64,000 nucleotides of DNA from Vitrella brassicaformis CCMP3155. Taxonomy: Eukaryota; Protista; Chromerida. The notes under the pieces were generated by a model that did no database searches, was not told where the DNA came from, and worked only from the letters and a program-made list of their open reading frames with translations. Positions 24,330 through 36,376 of this stretch are shown here, in pieces; the first letter of the stretch is position 1, and each line of letters begins with the position of its first letter. The stretch spans positions 62,001 to 126,000 of the forward strand of contig CDMY01000466.1 in NCBI GenBank assembly GCA_001179505.1, read 5' to 3'. A program made the translations under genes and the position numbers.

Positions 24330-27300
24330 ACGATGGGCGGGGATGGGGGAGAGGGGCGGGGCAATGATGCTATAGATCATCGTATTCATGTCTGCGCGGC
24401 TTGCGCGGCTGTCTCTGTCTGTCTCTTCAATCACACATACAGATACACACGCGTTCGTACGCACACACACTGTCTGTCTGTCTGTCTGACCGAGAGAGAC
24501 TGCGTGGCTGCCCCTGCACACGTGCTGCTTTCATTGTTGTCATGGTGACGGCACACACACACGCGCGGCGACCGATGGATGGTTTACTTTCTGGCACACG
24601 TGAGCACGGCTGCCTGGGCATCTCTCTGTGTGTGTTGCTTATGTGTTAATTTATCAACGAGGACGTGAGTGATGTGACTGATGACTGGGTGGGTGGCTGG
24701 GTGTGGGTGGGTCGTGGGTGGACGGGGTACGGGGTACAGTACCAGTAATTCGCGATCGGCACACATCCATCTCATACATCAATGTCTGCTTGCGTCACGG
24801 GGGCCAGCTGGGTGAGGGAGAGGGAGGGATGTGGAATGCACCATCACACACCATACGGTTGGTCTCAAGAGAGCATCACACTGCAGCATTGACACGACGT
24901 GTACCACGACGATCATGCGGTTGTGTATGTGTACATGTGTACATGTACATGTGTATACGTATACGCATGCACGCATACGTATGTGTATACGTATGTGTAC
25001 GTATTATGTATACGTTTATGTACATGTGTGTGAATAGTGCAGCAGCCGATCGGATCGAGCGATCCAACATCACATTGTGCAAGTACTAATTGACGGACAG
25101 ATCAGATGGACGGGTCGATGGATGGATCGATGGGTCGATGGAAGAAGGAGTGCGTCTTTACGTCTGTAGGTAGGCAGGTAGGCAGGTCGGTACATGTGTA
25201 GGTCTTCAAGCGTGTACGTGTGTATGTCTATTGCGTATGTGTGTATGTGTGTATGTGTCTGTGCGTCATTCAGTGAGCATGCCGTTCAATGAGAGCTTCA
25301 CGGAAATGTTTCAACGGAGGGATGGAGGGACCATGGCTCACGCATTCATTGCTGTCTGTCTGTCTGGATGGATGGATGATGGATGGAGGGTTGTCGGTTG
25401 GTCCTAATTCAGGGTGGAGGTACGTGACGATGGTGACGATGGTGAGAGGGAAGGGCCAAGAGGAGGGGTTTTATGTAACAATCCACATACAGAGATACAT
25501 ACATATACACACATATATACACAAACTGACTGGCTGGCTGGGTGGCTGGGTGGCTGGTGTGGCTGGCTGGCTCGCTCGCTCACGCACGCACGCGCGCTGC
25601 CGTTGTCTTTAATTCACACACACACACACACCGAGGGAGGGTCAGACGCCGTTGCTTCACACTCTCACACGGACCTTCATACACACACATGACGTCTGCC
25701 TGGTTGTCTTGACACATGTCACGGCACACGAGGGGAGGGGAGAGTGGAGAGGGAGGGAGGGCTGAGACGCGCACAACAGTTTTGGAGGACCTGTTTCCGC
25801 GTGAGACCACAAACGGCCGAGTGTACGTGGTGCGGCTGTGGGTGGAATGAACCAGATGCTGGAGGAGCTAATTCGACTGATGGATGGATGGATGACAGGG
25901 GGCACAGAGGGAGTGATGGAGAAGGCAATACGAGGGAGGGCAGGGAAGGAGTGGCCGTCTGTCTGTCGGTCGGTCGGTCGGTCGGTCTGCCTACATACTC
26001 TGCTATTTGTAAATGGCCCATCAAGACTGACTGACTGGCTGTTCGTCCGTTTCCGTTTTGTCTCCCTTTTTTCTGCCGCTGCCTGCCCGGTTGCCTTTCC
26101 ACTCTACCTGTCTGTCTGTCTGTCCTTATGTGCAGCCGGCCAGCCACTCGACCTTCTCTCCTTCCCTGCTTACTTGAGTGCGTGTGTTGGCCTTTCGAAA
26201 GCGATTTTTCTTTATGTCTCCCTCCCTCCCTCCCTCCCTCCCTCCTCCCCTCCACCTCTGTCTCTTTCTTTCTGTCGGTGTGTGTGTGCCTACAAGAATG
26301 TCTATGTGTGATGTGTGCGAGTCCCTTGGGCCCCCAATGAATGCGTGTGCCTTGACGGCTGGCTGGTGTGCGTGTGTCTGTGTCTGTGTGCGTCCCTACA
26401 GACCTGTTTGCACCTCGGTTTGTCCGTTTGTGCGTCTGTGCGTCTGTGTAGTGGTGAGTAAGTCAGCAGCAGGATGTGACATATGTTCTCTGATAGCTAA
26501 TGGCCGTGACGTGACGTGACGTGACTGAAGGATCAATGTGTGAGGGCGGCCCTCGTGCTTCGTCACAGAGTGGAGGCACGGGGGCGTTTTTGGTGGCCAG
26601 CGGACTGACAGACAGATACAAGGGTCTGTGTACATGCGGCTTCCCACCCCCCGTCTGTTGCTGCTGCCGGTGGTGGTGCTGTCTCCCTTCCCCTCTTTGT
26701 GCGGGCGGGTGGCTCTGCAACCATACATGACTGACAGGGGGATGTACGTGTCAATGAGAGAGAGGGTGACTTGCGTGCGATCGATGGAGGGATACCCAGA
26801 CAGACAGACAGCTTCAAGACGGCTGTATGCCTTTTGTGTGTGGGTGCACACTCGTGTGGGTGAATGGAATGGGTGGGCTTATCCGGGCTGGCTGTGCCGC
26901 TGTGTGTGCGTGAGGGCGATGAATGAATGGGTCGATGAGGGCCACTACTTGCTGCTATGCGTGAGTGAGAATTCGGTGGAATAAACTGACAGGACGAGTG
27001 GAATGAATGAATGCATCGAAGGAATGACCAGCCAACACACATCAGAAGACAACCCGGTCATGAAGCCCATTGAAAGTATAAGCAAGCCTGTGTGGTGTGT
27101 GGATGGTCTCGCGACAAGCACGTCAGAAGGGTCCACTCGCACTCACTCATGGGTGTATGTAGGTAGCTCTGCCACATATGCTGAGCTCTCACACACACAG
27201 GCTCCATCCATCCATCCATCCATCCATCCATCTCTCCCTCCATCAAACTAGACTGTACACATCATCGCGGACCCAAAATCGGCTGCTGCCTCGGTCGGTC
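24330..27300. repeat. About 3-kb gene-poor region dense in simple repeats (TG, GATG, GACA, CCCT, GGCT, GTCG, RY tracts)
   Basis: Microsatellites are directly visible. The ORFs here are translations of simple repeats with no recognisable domains. Confidence 0.75.
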
Positions 27301-27308
27301 ATCGCCAC

Positions 27309-28209
27309 TCAGAATTGCACGCCCGGCGCGACCGCCCTCAGGAAAGTGCGTGCGGTCTTGACCTCGAGCATTGGGTCTTCGTCAGGCCCGCCCTCGCCCG
27401 ATCCCATCTTCTTGACCATGTCGTTGTAGTTGGACCTGGCCTTGGCCTCGTCCCACCCCTGGATGTCACTGACGTCCTCCACAAAGGCCATCACATAACC
27501 AGGACCAACAACCGCACCACCGTTGGACACAACTGCAGACAGCCGACACACAAATGGGTGCGGCTTGCGGGTGCGCATGTGGGTGTGAGTGTGGGTGTGG
27601 TCCACTGACCGGCTGAGTAGAGGTCTCCTGCGTTGTTGTATAGCTTGGCGCCGCCCAGTGCGGTGCCGAGAGGCTTCCCCTCCACACGCAGCACACCGAT
27701 GTCATCCAGTGTCAGCAGAACGGGCTCGTGGCCAGGCAGCACCTGCACCAAGACGCAGAGGGATGCCACCAGGCCGTCATGCCCACAGTCCGTGGCACTC
27801 ATTCATTCGCTGTCTGCCTGCCTGACCTCGATATCTCCGACTTCCTTGAGTGGCAGGACCACTCGCGAGGCCTCAAAGCGATAGGTGCCCAGCTCACGCA
27901 CCACCAGCCAGAACTGCAGCGGCTCAGATCTGGACGACGCGCTCATCCGCAGCGGAGATATAGACCTCCTGCACCACACACACACACAGACAGGCAGCCA
28001 ATCAGTCAAATCGGCAGATCTGACCCAATCTTCGCCAGATGCAGGTGCGGCTGGCTCTCTTGCAGACGTGCAGATGGTCTCTCTTACCTCATGTATCTGC
28101 CTGCTGCAGATCCTGGGGGGGTCTGGAGGAAGGCCTGTGATGGTGCAAAGGCATGGGCGAGGCCAAGAGGTGCCGCCGCGAGGCAGATGACCAGCCACAC
28201 CAGCTTCAT
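27309..28209 (-). CDS. Putative plastid-targeted protein of unknown function (bipartite leader)
   Basis: MKLVWLVICLAAAPLGLAHA-FAPSQAF is a signal peptide followed by Phe (ASAFAP-like). A transit-like segment ends in ISPLRMS. Spliced exons continue to ...FLRAVAPGVQF* at 27309. Confidence 0.65.
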
Positions 28210-28419
28210 TGTCAAACCACAATGCCTACTGCCTCTTCAAATCAAACCCAATCCGCACACCACTGCGAGCTGTCGGGTCCCTACCCTCCGTAAAACCCCT
28301 CGCACAAACGCGCGCTCGAATTCCTGTGTGTTGTTTGTTGTCGCGAATTCGCTATCGCTATCGCTGTCGCTGTCTATCTGTGAAGTGCCTCAGCCCGTAC
28401 CGACACTTGAGACCTTTGA

Positions 28420-30631
<2,212 letters not shown>

Positions 30632-31417
30632 ATAGGCCCACATCGCACCACCTCACACCCAAAACACACCACACTTAGATTGCATGACTGACTAGCGAGC
30701 GGTGTTGGAGGCTGACTGAGAGTGCTTCATCGACGGACGGCGGCGCATGGCATCCACACATACCAAACACACAGATAAGTTTCGTTCGACCGAGAGCAGA
30801 CGGGCGCGGTTCGTGGCGTGTGCGCGTGAGGTGGCGTGCGGGAAGTTTTGGCGTGGCTCGTGTGCGCGTGTGGGCGGCCAATCGGATGCCCACCGCGCGT
30901 ATGGTCTACCTGCCTGGCTTCCCGTGACCATTCAGTGCTTGCCTGTCTGTCTTGTTTGGTCATGAGTGAGTGCCGTGTGCGTCGTGGGTGCGTGGGTGTG
31001 ATCTTTTGTGCAGTCAGTCTGTTTGTCGCCTTTTTCTCCCTGATGAGCCCCAGGCTTGTTCATACACACGTCGACGGGCCGTGAGCGCGTGTTTCCCACT
31101 GTGTCTTGTCTTTCTGACTGGCTGTTTGTTATGACTGGAGAGACTCGAGTGTCGGTCGCGCGCGGTTTGTTTGATGGCAGATTGTGTGAGTGTGTGGACC
31201 GATGCACTGCATGCGGAGATCGAACCCATGAAAGCATCTTGCGCGGGAGACGCCTTTCGGAACGAAGCAAGCTAGAGGGTTTGGGTTGCGCGAGCGTTTC
31301 GGCGATCCCGCCAGCGATTCAACAGGGCTAGTCCGTATCGTGACTGGCCCATTGTGACGCTTCGGACGACCCCCCCACTTCATCCGATTCATCGTTCCGC
31401 GTTCGTCTGACCAAAAG

Positions 31418-34400
31418 ATGGCCTCCCCTCTTGCCGTTGGGAAGCTGACCATCCGCGTCCGTAACAAAGCCAACAGCACAGTGCATGTCCGCGTCTGCGA
31501 CGCAAGGGAGCGTGACGTGGTGGAGCAGGACGTAGAGAGAGTGGTGGAGAAGGAGGAGAAGATGATGCTGGGGGGCGGTGTCAAAGCCGAGTTTGGCGGC
31601 GTGGAGATCGGTGTTGAGGCCAAAAGGGGGAAAGACACACGTACGCCGGCATACACTGATGCAATGGACCCTTCAAGTTGGCAGGAAAACCCTTGTCGTC
31701 CTCCGACTGTCTTCAGGTGAAAAGACCGAGGAGAAGGCATTTGTTCGCATTCAGTACGGCAAGCTGAAGGAGTCACGCGACTGGTGAGGGGCGTGAGGAA
31801 GTACGTTGTCGTCAGCTATGTACGCTGGTGTCATCTTACCCCGCAGGACGACAATCGATCCCGGCAGAGAGGCTTTTTTGTCGAGTTTCGAGTCGCCATA
31901 CTTCTCTGTTTTCATTGAGGACTCGCCATACCAGATGCTCAACCAGCTCATACACCCAGAAGACCACCCTAATGGCATCGTGATTACAAGGGTGAGGTGA
32001 AACCAATGGACTTCCAAGACACTTGATTCAGGTGTAATGCTAACTGTCCCTGTTCCAGGCCAACCCTCCATATGTGTCTTTCCTGACCGATATTATCGAG
32101 GCGGCAAACATCGAAGCCAAAGAGGCTCCCTTTCGCTTGAACAACGTGGCCACAAAGCTTGTCCTGACATCGGCAAAGAGCATGGCCCTCGGCGCATCAG
32201 TCGGAGTCGAAAAGAAGAGAAGCCGCGAGACACATGAAGAGGCCGACCCCTCGCAACTGTGGATTCGGAAAATTGATCCGCTCTGCCGTGCGGGTACATT
32301 CCGTTTGGTGCCGGTGGCGTTTGACACAAAGACGCTGGCCGTGAGCCCGCTGATGGATAACAAGCTGGTCGTTGCTCCCCTAACGGTCGAGACAGACCCT
32401 CAAGACAATCAGAAAGAAGCAAAGTTTCAGCAGTGGATCATGGTGCCGGCCGAGACGCAAGACATCGTCCAGCCGACGATGGGCCTATGTGGCGTGCTGT
32501 GCTGTCAGCCCTCCAAGGGACAGCTGCTCGTGTCGCCCGACATGCAATTCGAGCAGGGGCCGGAGCAGAGGAGGGGGAGCAGTCAGTTCGACGAGCACAC
32601 GGTGACCATCAAGTGTGTCGGGCTGCCGGACTATGTGATGAGTGTCAAGACATTGGGCAGGAGCAACAGTCTGGCGCTGACCAAAAAGGACGACAAAGGG
32701 ATCCCAATGGAGGCCTTGTGGCGCTGCAGCCAGCCGAATAAAGCCAAGAAGGGTAACAAGAAACGATACAGACTACATGGACCTCATGTACGCCGTCTAT
32801 AACTCCCATGTCCAGATGTGCTGAAGGTGGCTGCCGTGGCTGCCGCGACGGAAGCCGAGGAGGTCGGCGATATGCACTGACTGAATGGCGGCATAAATGA
32901 TAGTATCATACTGCTTGCCGTCTGTGTCTCGCAGGTGAATCTGTTTGAGGCTTGTGCGGAGGGTAATAAAGATGCCGTCCTGCGAGTCATCAAAGCCAAA
33001 GGCGTCAAGTGCCTGCAGGAATCCGACAAGGCAAGACACCGCTGTGCTGTGTCCTCGATGGTGCGAACATTTGTCTTTGGTGGATTTCAGGAAGGCTTCA
33101 CGCCGCTGCACTACGCCGCACAGAACGGCCACGCAGACATCTGCAGAGTCATTGTACTTGAAGGCGGCAAAGACCTCATCAAAAAGCAAACAAAAGTCAT
33201 GGTGCGCTCTCACATACCGCCACTAGCAGTGTCAATGGCGTCTGATGCATCATCATGATTGCTGTCAGAACGAGCCTATTGTGTTGCATTTGGCAGTCGC
33301 AAAGGGTCACGTGGGGGTAGTGACGGCGCTGCTCCAGCTGGGAGGGCATGGTGTGTTGACGCTCAGAAACAAGGTGAACGAGTGAGAACCAGTGCTCATC
33401 AATGTGATCAGTGTCAGCGTCCCTTCCTTTCCGCTGCCTATGTCCGAGTATGTCGGTAATGTTTGGCTGCAGTACAACAGTACACCCTTCCACACTGCTG
33501 CGCTGACTGGTCAAGTTGCTGTGTTGAAGGCGATGCACGCCAAAGGGGGCAATCTGGACCAGCAGGGCAATGTAGGCGAGGTGGGGGAGGCACACAAGGC
33601 TGCAACGAGATGTCGACCTCTCTGTATATGGGTGCAGGGTGGCTTCTTTGCCATCCACATGGCAGCTATGAAGGGTCATGTTGATGCGGTCAACCTGTTG
33701 GTGGAGCTGGGCGGGACAAAGGAGCTCCAACGCCGGGGCCTGGTCTTTCCATCACATACAACACATCGCCAGGGTCTTGCACTGTGTGCTGTGATGGTTG
33801 TGTAGAACAACAGCACGCCCTTCATCATCGCTGCGCTTTGTGGTCACGTCGGTGTCCTGAGGGCCATGCACGCCAAAGGGGGCAATGGGCTGCTGGACTA
33901 AAAGGGAGGCGAGGTGGGGGAAGAAAAGATTGGCAGACGATTGACGGCTTTGATATGGTTTCTTTATTTTTGTGCAGTACGGCCGCTATGCCATCCACAT
34001 GGCAGCTGACAAGGGTCATGTTGATGCGGTCAATCTGTTGGTGGAGCTGGGAGGGACAAACGAGCTCGATCGGCGGACCCAGGTCTTTCCATCACATACA
34101 ACACATCGCCAGGGTCTTGCACTGTGTGCTGTGATGGTTGTGTAGAACAACAGCACGCCCTTTATCATCGCTGCCATGTTTGGTCAAGTTGCTGTCCTGA
34201 GGGCCATGCACGCCAAAGGGGGCAATGGGCTGCTGGACCAAAAGGGAGGCGAGGTGGGGGAAGATTGCTGCAACAGACAGATCTGTACTCCGGGTGTAGT
34301 TGTGTGCAGATTGGCTACTATGCCATCCACATGGCAGCTGACAAGGGTCATGTTGATGCGGTCAATCTGTTGATGGAGCTGGGCGGGACAAAGGAGCTCG

Positions 34401-35245
34401 ATCGGCGGACCCAGGTCTTTCCATCACATACAACACATCGCCAGGGTCTTGCACTGTGTGCTGTGATGGTTGTGTAGAACAACAGCACGCCCTTCATCAT
34501 CGCTGCCATGTTTGGTCAAGTTGCTGTCCTGAGGGCCATGCACGCCAAAGGGGGCAATGGGCTGCTGGACCAAAAGGGAGGCGAGGTGGGGGAAGATTGC
34601 TGCAACAGACAGATCTGTACTCCGGGTGTATGTTGTGTGCAGGCTGGTTACTATGCCATCCACTGGGCAGCTTGCCAAGGTCATGTTGATGCTGTCAACT
34701 TGTTGATGGAACTGGGCGGCCATAAAGAACTCCACAAGCGCAATGAAGTCACCGAAAACACACACAATGCATCAAGCTGTCTCACTGTTGTAATAATACC
34801 GCTCGTTGATGGCCAATGTTGATGGCTGCTGTAGAAAAATAGCACACCCTTCCACATCGCTGCGCTGACTGGTCAAGTTGCTGTGCTGAAGGCCATGCAC
34901 GCCAAAGGGGGCAATCTGGACCAGCAGAATGAGGTGAGACAGGGCGATATCAACAGACAGAGCACAATAGCGTCTTCATCGTCTGTGTGCAGGACGGCAA
35001 TTTCCCCATCCACTTGGCAGCTTGGAAGGGCCACGTTGAAACCGTCAAAGTGTTGGTGTCCTTCGATGGCGTTCAGATGCTCAGCAACAAAAACAATGCG
35101 GTATGAATATCGTGCCAAACTTATCGCTTGCGTCTCATCACATGTGTTGCGTATTATGCAGGGCAAGACTCCACTGGACATGGCGCAGAGTGACGAGATG
35201 CGCAAACTGCTCAAACAGCTAAACTGGCAAAGAGTGACGACATGA
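31418..35245 (+). CDS. Unknown N-terminal domain + ricin-B/beta-trefoil-like domain + about 13 ankyrin repeats; in-frame TAA at 33899-33901 (truncated allele or pseudogene)
   Basis: QxW-like motifs SQLW, FQQW and EALW lie in 32074-32752. A phase-consistent linker exon (32816-32862) joins this part to one-repeat-per-exon ankyrin exons (GFTPLHYAAQNGH, STPFHTAALTGQ, YYAIHMAADKGH). Confidence 0.7.
33743..34750 (+). repeat. Three near-identical ~335-bp tandem units, each with two ankyrin exons and their introns
   Basis: The intron string gtctttccatcacatacaacacatcgccagggtcttgcactgtgtgctgtgatggttgtgtag recurs at 33743, 34083 and 34415. Confidence 0.92.
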
Positions 35246-35800
35246 GCTACACATAGCCAATGTCTTGTTGGGTTTAGGCTGTTGTTCGTCGGTGTGTCGG
35301 TGTGTGTGTCGTTTCGGTGATCTGCCTAGTATGCCATGTGTCTTGAAATGACAAAAGATGGTATAGGGAGACTGAGCAATCCTTGGCCGAGAGAGACACG
35401 CTGTGTCAGCTTGCACCGGTCTATGCGAACCGGCACAACTAAGCAATAGACACTCACTCGGTCACATCATCCAGCAGCGGCGCTTTGCAAATGAGTGCAA
35501 AGAATTTCTCAGGACGCTCGCCACATCTGTGCTTGCCGCATGGCTGTGTGGACTGATGACTGCACGTCTTGCAATAGAGGCTTGCCTTTTCTTGCATTGC
35601 TGTCGATCGTTTGTCTGTTTCGCGCATATAAACAAACCACTCAGTCGTGACACTAGCTCCGACAAATTGGCAGTGTCTTGCTGGCTTGATGTGTGGGCTG
35701 ATCTATAGGACTGCTGTGGGCTGCCGCACATGTCACCAAGACACACAGAGACATCATTTAACACAGAGACATGATTGAAAGAGCCATTGCGAAGAGTGAG

Positions 35801-36000
35801 CTTCACATTTCCAAATTAACGAGAAAGGTTACAAATCTTATCTTTACCAAGGTATAGACAATCATTTTAAAAATGATGAAAGTGAATGGAGTGGAATAGA
35901 TTTGGCTCTAAGATATAAATTGTATTCTTTAAAATCATCGATAGTTATTTCATTCTTTAAGTATTTATATCTTTCCTCTTTCATTAATTTGTTAGAGTAC
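35801..36000. other. AT-rich island (about 26-27% GC) in an intergenic region
   Basis: Hand count of 53 G+C in 200 nt, with a sharp return to GC-rich DNA at about 36000. Confidence 0.85.
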
Positions 36001-36376
36001 TGCCGCCCGTTCTGTGGGGCGTGCAAGGTTCGGTCGTGTTCGTATCGTCTGCGAATGACCGACAGGTATGTCTCCACGATTGAGGATACCGAGACCTACA
36101 CTACACTAGTCCCGCCAACAGCAAACCAACGTTGTGTCTGCCTGCAATAGCCGCATCTTTCACAGGGCTCATGGCTGTGTACCAACCTTCATTTCATAGC
36201 CAAAGGTGGAACAGCAGATGAGGGCTGTGTGAAGGAGAGAGAGACTTTGTCAGGTCGTTCGCTTCTAACTACCATGGCTGTACACACAAACCCTTGAAAT
36301 GATAAGTCACAGACAAATACTGGAAGTCTCATCGATCGATATCATGCACACAGGAGGGCACATGCCCTGCACACAC

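Noticed and set aside
24330-27300. Numerous ORFs in the simple-repeat zone; possible transposon remnant
   Set aside because: No transposase, RT or integrase motifs, and no terminal repeats. The peptides are repeat-derived (CVCV, THTH, MDGW).
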